Source: Candidatus Staskawiczbacteria bacterium (lineage in GTDB: Bacteria; Patescibacteriota; Minisyncoccia; Minisyncoccales; Staskawiczbacteraceae). From it: a DNA stretch of 64,000 bases. The stretch lies in assembly GCA_041661545.1 (NCBI GenBank), contig JBAZUH010000001.1, positions 672,148 to 736,147 on the forward strand, read 5' to 3'. The first letter of the stretch is position 1. Each line of letters starts with the position of its first letter. Under the pieces are notes generated by a model that had not been told where the DNA came from, made no database searches, and saw nothing but the letters and a program-made list of their open reading frames with translations. Shown here piece after piece: positions 15,010 to 24,068 of this stretch. A program made the position numbers and the translations under genes.

Positions 15010-15125
15010 CTTCGCTCGACAGTCAATTTTACGCTCGGCAACGAAGTTTTTCTACGCACTTATTCGCTTCGCACAACAAGCTTCGAAAAACTTCATTCCC
15101 TCGCTTAGTTTCCTGCCTCGCTTTA
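15010..15125 (+). other. Structured GC-richer intergenic element (10-bp stem gaagtttttc/gaaaaacttc), homologous to 52861..52945
   Basis: Shared flanks cgctcgg ... cctcgctt. The stem shows compensatory changes relative to the secD-secF copy. Confidence 0.6.
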
Positions 15126-15178
15126 TAATAAACAACAAGTTGTAACAAAAGCATAGTGTCAAGCGTCATACTTATACA

Positions 15179-15883
15179 ATGGCAAAGATAACAGACAAAC
15201 AATTTATTGAGTCATTAAAGCAGTTAAAAGCTGTTAAACCCAATCAAGAATGGGCTTCTTTGCTTAAGTCTAAAATTTTAATAGAAAATACAGTTGAAAC
15301 AAAAATTCCAGCTCAAAGAATTAGCTTTATGGATATTTGGTCATCAGCTTTTGCGCCAAGAAAATTGGCTTATGCTTTGTCAGCAGTTTTGTTATTGGTA
15401 GCTGGAACATTTGGATTAGTTAAAATATTGCCATCAGTGGAGGCGCCAGAACAAACAGCCTCTTTAAATCAATCGGTAGTTTTAAGCCAAGAAGTTGAAA
15501 TGTTAAATACAAAAATAAGTGAATTGGCGGTTGCTTCCCGCGAAGGTAAAATAGAAAATATTGCTCCCGCTGTAATAGAGGTTGAAACCAAAGCATCTAA
15601 ATTGGCAAAAAATTTAAAAGATAATCCAGAGCAAGATCCAGAAACAATAAAAGATATAGCAGTTAGCTTAAAAACATTAGCTAATGTTCCAGGCACAGAT
15701 TTAAGTGAAAGCTCAGATATAAAAGATTTATATAAAACAGTGGTTGAAAGTCAAATTAATGATTTGAAAGAAGCAACATTAACTGATGGTCAAGTTGAAA
15801 AATTATTAGAAATTGAAAGTTTATCTGAAGAAGAAAAATATACAGAAGCTTTAGAAGAAATATTATTAATTAGTAACGAATAA
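15179..15883 (+). CDS. Single-pass membrane protein, anti-sigma-factor-like (DUF5667-like helical ectodomain)
   Basis: Follows the ECF sigma gene. It has a short cytoplasmic N-terminus, one TM helix (LAYALSAVLLLVAGTFGLV) and an acidic helical C-terminus. The call is contextual. Confidence 0.4.
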   Translation: MAKITDKQFIESLKQLKAVKPNQEWASLLKSKILIENTVETKIPAQRISFMDIWSSAFAPRKLAYALSAVLLLVAGTFGLVKILPSVEAPEQTASLNQSVVLSQEVEMLNTKISELAVASREGKIENIAPAVIEVETKASKLAKNLKDNPEQDPETIKDIAVSLKTLANVPGTDLSESSDIKDLYKTVVESQINDLKEATLTDGQVEKLLEIESLSEEEKYTEALEEILLISNE

Positions 15884-15906
15884 GCAGATAACGTACAAAA
15901 TCGCCG

Positions 15907-15947
15907 GCACATATTTATTTTTATAAGATTTGAAAATAAATACGTGC
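15907..15947 (+). other. 14-bp inverted repeat (gcacatatttattt / aaataaatacgtgc, 1 mismatch)
   Basis: Read directly from the sequence. Lies 24 nt after the stop of 15179..15883. Confidence 0.7.
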
Positions 15948-16138
15948 TAGGTGATTATTCATCTGCACATAAGACGAGTCGTGGTTCGCAATAAGTTCGT
16001 GATTAGTACGTAAAGTCGCGAACAAAAACGCGAGCAAAAATGGTCGGCCGACGAGAAATAAAAAAAATAACAATAAGTTCTTATCTAATTAAATATTTAT
16101 ATTCAATTAGATGAGGATAAAAAACAATTTAAAGAACA

Positions 16139-18031
16139 ATGAGTATTAAAAAAACAATTATCGCAACAGTCTTAGGCTTGGCCTTGGTTGCAGCAGTTGT
16201 TCCAGCACCAGCTCAAGGTGTAACAATTGACGAGTTATTAGCTCAAATTACAGCTTTAACAGCTCAATTGAATGCATTGCAAGGTGGTTCAACAGCAGGA
16301 ACCGGCGCATGCGTCGGAGTCACATTCAGCAGATTTTTGACCATTGGGTCAACAGGATCCGATGTAAGATGCTTACAACAAATCGTAGGCAACACAATCA
16401 CAGGAACATTTGGTTCATACACAAAAGCCAAAGTTGTAACATGGCAATCCACACACGGAATCACAAATTGTGGTAGCGTTTGTGGAACAGTAGGTTCATT
16501 AACAAGAGCAGCATTAAACAATGCTCTTTCAGTAGGTGGATCAGTAATACCTCCAGTAACACCGGTTGTAACAACACCAGGAGCTGAAGGTTCAATCGCA
16601 GTAACAAAATCAGCAAGCCCAGCTTCAGGAGCTGAATTAAATGTTGGAACAAGCGGAGCAGTTATTGCTCTTGATGTAAAAGCAACAGGTTCAGATGTAG
16701 TTATGAATCGTTTGGACTTGAACTTTGACACCGCCACATCAGGCACAAACTGCAATATCAGGCCTTGGACATATGTCCAAAGCGTAACAGTTTCAGATGG
16801 CACAACATCAAAAGAAATGGCTGTAACATCTGCCAACACACTTGAAAACACAGTTGGTTCAGATTACACAGTAAGAATTGAAGGATTAAACATGGTTGTC
16901 GCAAAAGACGTAACAAAGAAGTTTACAGCAACATTTACAGCTGTATCTGCTTTGCCAGCCGGAGCAACATCATGCGTGAACACAGTTGAAGTTGACGCAA
17001 ACGGCGTCCGTGCAACTGATGGCGCAGGTGTAAGCCAATACAACGCAAGCGCAATAACAGGAAATAGCTTCACAGTGAAGACTGGTGACACAGGAACTCT
17101 TACAGTTTCTGCTCACACAGACAATCCAAAAGCAAAGAACGTTATTGTTTCTGAAACAGCATCAACAGAAAATGTTCTTTTGTTGAAATTTAATGTTGAG
17201 GCAAAAGTTAATGATGTTATTGTAAGAAAAATTTACGTTCAACCTTACAGCTCAAGCACAACTTTGGCAACAACTATGCCAACATTAAAATTGCTTGATG
17301 GAACCACAGAGGTGGCTTCAACAAGCACAGCTGCAAGCGCTACTTTTGATGTAACAGGAATTACAATTCCAAAAGGAACAACAAAGACATTCTCTGTAGT
17401 TGGAACAGTTGCCAAAACAAATGCTAGCGCAGTAAGTGAAGGAGACGCTGTTTACGCAAACATGGCCGCAGCCGATGTAACTGGAGAAGATGCTTCAACA
17501 TTTGCAGCAGTAACAGCTGGTGGATCAACTTTGACAGGAGCATTGCAATATGCATATTTGAAAGCTCCAACATTCGCATATGTTAGCTCTTCAATTTCAC
17601 CAATTGCTTCTAGCTTGCTTGCCAGCAGCACGCCACAACAACTTAGTACTGAACTTAAGTTCAATGTAACAGCCGTGGGTGGAGATATCTATATAAGAAA
17701 ATATGATTCCACAGCAGCTTCTAGCGGACTTGTTTCTACATCAACTAGTGGAAACGTCGCAGCCTCTTCCACCATTGCTTATACATTTGATAGCAATGCT
17801 ACATCGCAAACATATGCTTATAAGATTTCCAATGGTGAAACAAAGACATTCACAGTCAATTCCAACTCAACAACTATGAACCATGCCGCAGACATGTGGG
17901 AAGGAACTGGAATTCTTAATATCAAATGGGGAACAACAGATGGCAATACAGATGAAGATGGTAGCACAGTTCAGACATGGGGTCTTGAAGACCTTAAGAC
18001 AAGTCAACTACTCTTGAAAGCAAGAGATTAG
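16139..18031 (+). CDS. Secreted Thr/Ala/Ser-rich cell-surface protein with N-terminal coiled segment and PG-binding-like domain
   Basis: Signal peptide 'IIATVLGLALVAAVVPAPAQG'. 'LLAQITALTAQLNALQG', then 'C..TFSRFLTIGSTGSDVRCLQQ' (PG_binding_1-like). The remainder is a long beta-rich low-complexity region. Confidence 0.65.
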   Translation: MSIKKTIIATVLGLALVAAVVPAPAQGVTIDELLAQITALTAQLNALQGGSTAGTGACVGVTFSRFLTIGSTGSDVRCLQQIVGNTITGTFGSYTKAKVVTWQSTHGITNCGSVCGTVGSLTRAALNNALSVGGSVIPPVTPVVTTPGAEGSIAVTKSASPASGAELNVGTSGAVIALDVKATGSDVVMNRLDLNFDTATSGTNCNIRPWTYVQSVTVSDGTTSKEMAVTSANTLENTVGSDYTVRIEGLNMVVAKDVTKKFTATFTAVSALPAGATSCVNTVEVDANGVRATDGAGVSQYNASAITGNSFTVKTGDTGTLTVSAHTDNPKAKNVIVSETASTENVLLLKFNVEAKVNDVIVRKIYVQPYSSSTTLATTMPTLKLLDGTTEVASTSTAASATFDVTGITIPKGTTKTFSVVGTVAKTNASAVSEGDAVYANMAAADVTGEDASTFAAVTAGGSTLTGALQYAYLKAPTFAYVSSSISPIASSLLASSTPQQLSTELKFNVTAVGGDIYIRKYDSTAASSGLVSTSTSGNVAASSTIAYTFDSNATSQTYAYKISNGETKTFTVNSNSTTMNHAADMWEGTGILNIKWGTTDGNTDEDGSTVQTWGLEDLKTSQLLLKARD

Positions 18032-18076
18032 TTTGACGAGGTTTTCTTGTAGAGCTTAAAACAGGATTAAAAAGTG

Positions 18077-18099
18077 CCCCGCCTCGGCGGGGCCTTTTT
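18077..18099 (+). terminator. Rho-independent terminator
   Basis: ccccgcc-tc-ggcgggg followed by ccTTTTT. Confidence 0.85.
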
Positions 18100-18139
18100 A
18101 TTTGAAAAATAATATGAATATGATAAGATTATAAAAAAC

Positions 18140-20380
18140 ATGATATCTTATAAAACTGTCAAAATAATTTTACAGGCATTGCTTTTATCTGTAATTGCCA
18201 TAATTCCTTTTATACAAATAAATGAACTTTATTTTCCATTTGTCTCTGGAAAAGTTTATGGTTTTCGTTTGCTTGTATGCTTGGCCTTTTTCTTTTGGGT
18301 TTGGTTATTGCTTAAGAAAGACCCAAAAAAACCAGAAACAATGGCCATATCACCTTATAGGAACATTTTAGTTGCGAGCTTGGCAATATTCTTTTTAGTT
18401 CAAATTGTGGTGTCTATTTTCGGAATTTCTCCAGCTTTATCGTTTTTTTCAAGCATTGAAAGGCAAGACGGGGTGATACAATATGGATTTTGGGTTTTAT
18501 ATTTTTTAATGCTTTTATTTGCATTTAAAAATAAGCAAGATTGGAAAATACTGTTTTCTGTTTCTATAATTACGGCATTTTTAGTGTCTTGTTATTCTTG
18601 GCTAAATTTAGCAAATCAAGGCAGGTTGGCTGGCTTTTTTGGCAACCCGTCATATTTGGCCGCATATTTACTTTTTGCAACTGGGTTCTGTTTTATTTCT
18701 ATTGAAAGGAAGTTTTTTGAGAATAAGCTTATAAATATTCTGCCATGGATACTATCTTTGTTTTTTGCTGTTACTTTGTTTTATACACAAACTAGAGGAG
18801 CCTATTTGGGTTTGGCTGGAGCAGTTTTTCTTTTTTGTTTATTGGCTGTTTTATTTTTGAGGTCACAGAGCAAAAAAATAGTTATTTATTCTGCAATTAT
18901 TTTAGCAATTGGAATAATTTCTGTTGCTGGTCTATTTTTTATAAAAGATACTAATTTTGTTAAAGATAGTCCATTACTTAGTCGTATGACAGAGATTACC
19001 CAATTTTGGGAAATTGGATCTATAAGAGAGCGTATTTTAACGTGGCAGATTGCTTTGAAAGCATTTACAGAGAAGCCGGTTTTTGGATATGGCCCAGAAA
19101 ATTTTATGGTTGCTTTTAATAAGCATTATGATTTTAGGGTGGGCAGAGGAGATCCTTGGTTTGACCATACTCATAACCAGTTTTTTGAATATTTGGCAAC
19201 AGGGGGTATTGTATTGATAATCTTTTATATTCTTCTTCTGTTCTTTATTTTTTACGTGATTTTTAAAATAGCAAAAAAAGAAAAAGCTTTATCTTTTATT
19301 TTAGCGTCGGTTTTTTTAGCCTATATAATACAAGGGCTTTTCCTGTTTGATACTTTGGCTGTTTATTTGGGCCTTTTCCCATTTTTAGCTTTTATCGCTG
19401 TTGTTTCACAACAGACGCTGATTAGTGCAGACAAAAAACAGATTAATGTTGATGTAAAGAATAAGTGGCAAACTCCCGTGCTTGTTATTACTGCTTTGGT
19501 GTGTTTGTTTGGCATTCAGACAGCCGTTATTCTTCCATATACGGCCAGTGCTTCGGCAATACAATTTTTAATTGGCACAAATCAAGGATATTATAAGGAG
19601 GTAATTCCTTTCATTCAAAAAGCTTTTGATATCAAATCTCCTTATACTTATTGGGAATTAAGAAAAAGAGCAGGGTGGCAGTTTTTAAATGTTATCGATG
19701 GAGATAAAAAACTTACAGAACAAGAAGTAGCAGATTTAGGTAATATTTATGACATAGTTGTTCCAGAATTAGAAAGATTTTCTATAGCCATGCCTTCTGA
19801 TCCTCAAATATATTATGTTTTATCAAGAATATATAGATTGGGTTATCAAAAATTAGGCAAAAATGATTTAGAAAAAGCAAAAACTTTATTAGAAGCAGGA
19901 TTTACATATTCTGACACAAGAATAGAGTATTATAACGAAATGGGGCAGGTTTTACTTTTAGAGGGAAAATTTAGCGATGGTGAAAAATTACTAAAAGACT
20001 ATGCTAATAGAATGAAGCCAATTTCTTTTGATTATTTTTCATCGTGGCTTATGGGCAATTATTATTATGTGGCAGGTAAATATGACTTAGCAATGAAAAG
20101 CTATATAATGGCAAAAGAGGCGGGTTATGATTTTACAGAGAATGATAGAGAATATTCTCGTTATATTGAAGTTGCTGATAAATCTAAAAATTACCAAGAA
20201 ATTGTGGATATGTCTATTATTCACATTGAAAGGCGCGGACCAAAAGCAGACGTTTATTTTAATGTGGCTCTTGGGTATTATTATTTAGGAGACAAAATCA
20301 AAGCTAAAGAATTTTTTCAAAAAGCAGTGGAGTTAGATAAAGAGCAATATCAGCAATATGAGTCGTTTTTTGTGCGTTAA
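18140..20380 (+). CDS. O-antigen ligase-like (Wzy_C) polytopic membrane protein with C-terminal TPR-like domain
   Basis: Over 10 TM helices. 'YTQTRGAYLGL' and 'HTHNQFFEYLATGGI' are typical Wzy_C motifs. The soluble tail is TPR-like. Confidence 0.7.
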   Translation: MISYKTVKIILQALLLSVIAIIPFIQINELYFPFVSGKVYGFRLLVCLAFFFWVWLLLKKDPKKPETMAISPYRNILVASLAIFFLVQIVVSIFGISPALSFFSSIERQDGVIQYGFWVLYFLMLLFAFKNKQDWKILFSVSIITAFLVSCYSWLNLANQGRLAGFFGNPSYLAAYLLFATGFCFISIERKFFENKLINILPWILSLFFAVTLFYTQTRGAYLGLAGAVFLFCLLAVLFLRSQSKKIVIYSAIILAIGIISVAGLFFIKDTNFVKDSPLLSRMTEITQFWEIGSIRERILTWQIALKAFTEKPVFGYGPENFMVAFNKHYDFRVGRGDPWFDHTHNQFFEYLATGGIVLIIFYILLLFFIFYVIFKIAKKEKALSFILASVFLAYIIQGLFLFDTLAVYLGLFPFLAFIAVVSQQTLISADKKQINVDVKNKWQTPVLVITALVCLFGIQTAVILPYTASASAIQFLIGTNQGYYKEVIPFIQKAFDIKSPYTYWELRKRAGWQFLNVIDGDKKLTEQEVADLGNIYDIVVPELERFSIAMPSDPQIYYVLSRIYRLGYQKLGKNDLEKAKTLLEAGFTYSDTRIEYYNEMGQVLLLEGKFSDGEKLLKDYANRMKPISFDYFSSWLMGNYYYVAGKYDLAMKSYIMAKEAGYDFTENDREYSRYIEVADKSKNYQEIVDMSIIHIERRGPKADVYFNVALGYYYLGDKIKAKEFFQKAVELDKEQYQQYESFFVR

Positions 20381-20452
20381 TTAAAGTTGTAAATAAGCCT
20401 ATTTTGTGGTAAAAAAAGTATATAAAATTATAGAGCTATACTACATAAATTT

Positions 20453-21760
20453 ATGACAAATATAACAGAATTAATTAAGTCTAAAAAAGCTAAGGTAGCT
20501 GTTATGGGACTAGGGTATGTTGGCCTTCCTCACGCGCTTCTAATGGCAAGGGCTGGTTTTGAAGTATTGGGTTTAGATGTAAAAAAATCTAGAGTAGATG
20601 ATTTAAATAAAGGAAAATCATATATTGGAGATGTTAAAGACGAAGAATTAGCTGAAATTATTAATTTGGGTAAATTTAAAGCTTTTAACAATTTTGAGCC
20701 ACTAAAAGATGCTGACATTATAATGATTTGTGTGCCGACCCCTTTAGATAAAAATAAAAATCCCGACGTGTCTTATATCAAAAAATCTGCAGAAGAAATT
20801 AAAAAATATTTACACAAAGGCCAATTAGTTATTTTAGAAAGCACCACTTACCCAGGCACTACAGAAGAACTTGTTTTACCAATGTTAGAGGAGAGCGGGC
20901 TTCATGTTGGTAAGGATTTTCATTTGGTTTTTGCACCAGAACGCATTGACCCAGGAAATGACATGGCTAAATCAAAAATTGCTAAAGTTGTTGGAGGAGT
21001 TACAAAAGAATGTACAGAAATAGCTGTTTTGTTTTATTCCCAATTTCTAGAAATTGTTTATCCTGTTTCTTCGGCAAAAACCGCTGAAATGACAAAAATT
21101 TTAGAAAATACATTTCGTTTAGTTAATATATCAATGATAAATGAATTAGCTTTATTGTGTGGAAAAATGAGAATAGATATATGGGAGGTTATTGAAGCTG
21201 CCAAAACAAAACCTTACGGCTTTATGCCTTTTTACCCTTCTCCAAAAGCAGGTGGCCATTGCATACCCCTAGATCCTTTTTATTTAAGTTATAAAGCAAG
21301 AGAGTTTAACTTTTGGGCAAAATTTATTGAGTTAGCTGGAGAAATAAATGAACAAATGCCACATTTTATTGTGACAAAAATAAATTATTGGTTAAATTTA
21401 AATAAGAAATCTATTAATAGTTCAAAGATTTTAATTTGGGGCGCTGCTTATAAAAAAGATATTGCCGACTCAAGAGAGTCTGGGTTTTATGATATTGCTA
21501 AAATTCTTATTAAAAAAGGAGCTGAAGTTGATTTTTTTGATCCATTTGTTAAAGAGGTTATTGTTGGAGACAATATTTTAAAAGAAAAAATTTTAAAGTC
21601 AATCGATTATTCTCTAGAAGTTTTAAATAAATATGATGTAGTCGTTATTTTAACAGATCATTCTGGTTTTGATTATGAAGAAATTGGGAAAAATTCAAAA
21701 CTTGTTGTAGACACAAGAAATGCTATAAAAAACAGAAGTTTAAAAAATATTATTTGGTAA
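20453..21760 (+). CDS. UDP-N-acetyl-hexosamine 6-dehydrogenase (WbpA/WecC-like nucleotide-sugar dehydrogenase)
   Basis: Rossmann 'VAVMGLGYVGLPHA', catalytic 'GGHCIPLDP' and the UDPG_MGDP_dh domain layout. Confidence 0.85.
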   Translation: MTNITELIKSKKAKVAVMGLGYVGLPHALLMARAGFEVLGLDVKKSRVDDLNKGKSYIGDVKDEELAEIINLGKFKAFNNFEPLKDADIIMICVPTPLDKNKNPDVSYIKKSAEEIKKYLHKGQLVILESTTYPGTTEELVLPMLEESGLHVGKDFHLVFAPERIDPGNDMAKSKIAKVVGGVTKECTEIAVLFYSQFLEIVYPVSSAKTAEMTKILENTFRLVNISMINELALLCGKMRIDIWEVIEAAKTKPYGFMPFYPSPKAGGHCIPLDPFYLSYKAREFNFWAKFIELAGEINEQMPHFIVTKINYWLNLNKKSINSSKILIWGAAYKKDIADSRESGFYDIAKILIKKGAEVDFFDPFVKEVIVGDNILKEKILKSIDYSLEVLNKYDVVVILTDHSGFDYEEIGKNSKLVVDTRNAIKNRSLKNIIW

Positions 21761-21761
21761 A

Positions 21762-22547
21762 ATGAAATTTTCAATAATAGGAACTGGTTTTATTCTTCCT
21801 GCCCACATACAGGCTATAAGAGATATTAAGGGTAATATAAGAGACATTGTTAACAATGTCCATGGAGAAGATTCTTGGAGAAAAATGGTACAATCAACTG
21901 ACGCTGATTGTATTGTTATTTTAACGCCAAATTATTTGCATAAAGAAATGATTTTGGAATCTATCAAATTAGGCAAAACTGTTCTTTGTGAAAAGCCAAT
22001 AGTTATAAATTCAAAAGATTGCCAAGATTTAGAGGGTAAAGGAAATATATTTAGTGTATTGCAGTTAAGATATCATCCATTGTTGAAAGATATAAAAGCT
22101 AATATGAAAGAAAGCGGTAATGTTATAAACATGGACATATCTGTTTATAGAGATGCTGATTATTATGCTGGTTGGAAAGGTCAAAAAGAAAAATCTGGAG
22201 GGCCACTTTTTAATTTGGGGGTTCATTACTTTGATTTACTTTTACATATTTTTGGCGAAGCTAAAGAAACAAAAACAGAATATTTAGATGATAAAACTGG
22301 CAGGGGAATTATTAAGGGTGACAGTTATGTTTGTAACTGGCAAGTTAGCACAGGGGCTAAAAAAGAAGAGGCAAGAAGAGTGTTTGAAATAAATGGTATA
22401 AACTATAATTTTTCTTCTAAAGAAAATCTTTCTTTTGAGAACTTGCATAAATTTGTTTATGAAGATTTGTTGAGCAATAAGGGTATAGACCCTAAAGAAG
22501 CATCAAAATCTATAAAATTGATAGAAAAATTATATGAATCTCAATAA
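21762..22547 (+). CDS. Gfo/Idh/MocA-family oxidoreductase (WbpB-like)
   Basis: 'FSIIGTGFILPAHIQAI' and 'GKTVLCEKP' motifs. Context between WbpA-like and WbpD/E-like genes. Confidence 0.65.
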   Translation: MKFSIIGTGFILPAHIQAIRDIKGNIRDIVNNVHGEDSWRKMVQSTDADCIVILTPNYLHKEMILESIKLGKTVLCEKPIVINSKDCQDLEGKGNIFSVLQLRYHPLLKDIKANMKESGNVINMDISVYRDADYYAGWKGQKEKSGGPLFNLGVHYFDLLLHIFGEAKETKTEYLDDKTGRGIIKGDSYVCNWQVSTGAKKEEARRVFEINGINYNFSSKENLSFENLHKFVYEDLLSNKGIDPKEASKSIKLIEKLYESQ

Positions 22548-22953
22548 AAATAATAAAACTATTATTTATCACCCCGAACTTTCTAATATATCTAAAACAG
22601 CTAATATTGGTGATAATTGTAAAATTCACTCTCATGTTTGGATTGGTGATAATGTTAAAATTGGCAATAATTGCAAAATTCAATCGTTTGTTTTTATTCC
22701 CGAGGGGATAATAATGGGTGACGATGTTTTCGTTGGGCCTCATGTATGTTTTACAAATGATAAAAATCCTCCATCAGGAAGAGAAAATTGGCAGACGACT
22801 ATTATAAAAAATGGAGCAAAAATTGGCGCCGGTGCAGTAATACTTCCAGGAATTACCATAGAAGAAAATGCTACAATTGGCGCTGGCGCAGTTGTCACCA
22901 AAAATGTTTTTAGTAATTCAACGGTTGTTGGAAATCCTGCAAAACCTTTATGA
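22534..22953 (+). CDS. Left-handed beta-helix (hexapeptide) N-acetyltransferase (WbpD-like)
   Basis: Repeated [LIV]-G-x4 hexapeptides (IGDNCKI, IGDNVKIGNNCKI, IGAGAVI, IGAGAVV). Confidence 0.75.
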   Translation: MNLNKNNKTIIYHPELSNISKTANIGDNCKIHSHVWIGDNVKIGNNCKIQSFVFIPEGIIMGDDVFVGPHVCFTNDKNPPSGRENWQTTIIKNGAKIGAGAVILPGITIEENATIGAGAVVTKNVFSNSTVVGNPAKPL

Positions 22954-24068
22954 TAAATTTTTTAAATTTAAAAGCACAATATAGCTCTATCAAAAAAGAG
23001 ATAAGCTCGGCCGTAAACCGAGTTTTTGAAAGTGGAAATTTTATTGGTGGCGCAGAAGTTGAAAAATTTGAAAAAGAATTTGCTAGCTTTTGTGGAACAA
23101 AATATGCAATTTCTGTAAACTCTGGCACAGATGCTCTTTTTTTATCTTTAAAAGTTCTTGGAATTGGTATAGGCGATGAAGTAATCACAACTCCATTTAC
23201 TTTTATTGCTACAGCAGAGGCAATTGTTAATTGTGGGGCAAAGCCAGTTTTCGTGGATATTAAAGGCGACACTTTTAATATTGATGTTTCTAAAATAGAA
23301 AAAGTAATAACTAAAAATACAAAAGCAATAATACCGGTTCATATTTTTGGGCAAATGGCCAATATGACAGAAATAATTAAAATAGCTAAAAAATATAATT
23401 TATATGTTGTTGAAGATGCATGTCAATCAGTTGGAGCTGAATATAAAGGTAAAAAATCAGGAACAATTGGTAATTTAGGTTGTTTTTCTTTTTTTCCATC
23501 AAAAAATCTTGGGGCAATGGGAGATGGAGGCATGGTTGCAACAAATAATAAAAAACTTAATGATAAAATTAGATTATTAAAAAATCACGGATCTTCGCCT
23601 AAAGAAAAATATAAAAATTTAATTATAGGTATAAATTCAAGGCTAGACAGTTTTCAAGCAGCTATTTTAAGAGTGAAATTAAATTATCTTAGTAAATGGA
23701 ATTCAGAGAGAATAAGAGCGGCTAGCTACTATTCTAACAACTTAAAAGAAGTAAAAGAAATTCAGGCGCCAATTTTAAAAGATAAAAATGGTCATGTTTT
23801 TCATCAATATACCATTCGGCTTCACTCCGCGCAGGTAAGAGATAAATTAAAAAATTATTTAGAGAAAAAAGGTATTCCTACAACGGTTTATTACCCCTTG
23901 CCCCTTCATTTGCAATCAGCTTTAAAATATTTGAGTTATAAAATTGGAGACTTCCCAGAGGCAGAAAAAGTATCTAAAGAAGTTTTATCTTTGCCAATTT
24001 ATCCTGAGTTGTCTAAAGATAGCCAAGGCTTTATAATTAAAATAATTAAGGAATTCTATAAAAAATAA
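22950..24068 (+). CDS. DegT/DnrJ/EryC1-family PLP aminotransferase (WbpE-like)
   Basis: 'GTDALFLSLK', 'VEDACQSVGA' and 'FSFFPSKNLGAMGDGG' (PLP lysine). Confidence 0.85.
   Translation: MINFLNLKAQYSSIKKEISSAVNRVFESGNFIGGAEVEKFEKEFASFCGTKYAISVNSGTDALFLSLKVLGIGIGDEVITTPFTFIATAEAIVNCGAKPVFVDIKGDTFNIDVSKIEKVITKNTKAIIPVHIFGQMANMTEIIKIAKKYNLYVVEDACQSVGAEYKGKKSGTIGNLGCFSFFPSKNLGAMGDGGMVATNNKKLNDKIRLLKNHGSSPKEKYKNLIIGINSRLDSFQAAILRVKLNYLSKWNSERIRAASYYSNNLKEVKEIQAPILKDKNGHVFHQYTIRLHSAQVRDKLKNYLEKKGIPTTVYYPLPLHLQSALKYLSYKIGDFPEAEKVSKEVLSLPIYPELSKDSQGFIIKIIKEFYKK

Noticed and set aside
15884-16138. Cyclic-di-AMP (ydaO-type) or other known riboswitch upstream of the PG-binding surface protein
   Set aside because: I could not find any of the conserved core sequences of riboswitch classes I know. 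I kept it only as an unclassified structured leader.
16264-17664. Antisense and alternate-frame ORFs inside the surface-protein gene (up to 195 aa)
   Set aside because: They are generated by the biased Thr/Ala/Val/Ser codon composition. They have no start context and fully overlap a gene with a signal peptide and a PG-binding domain.
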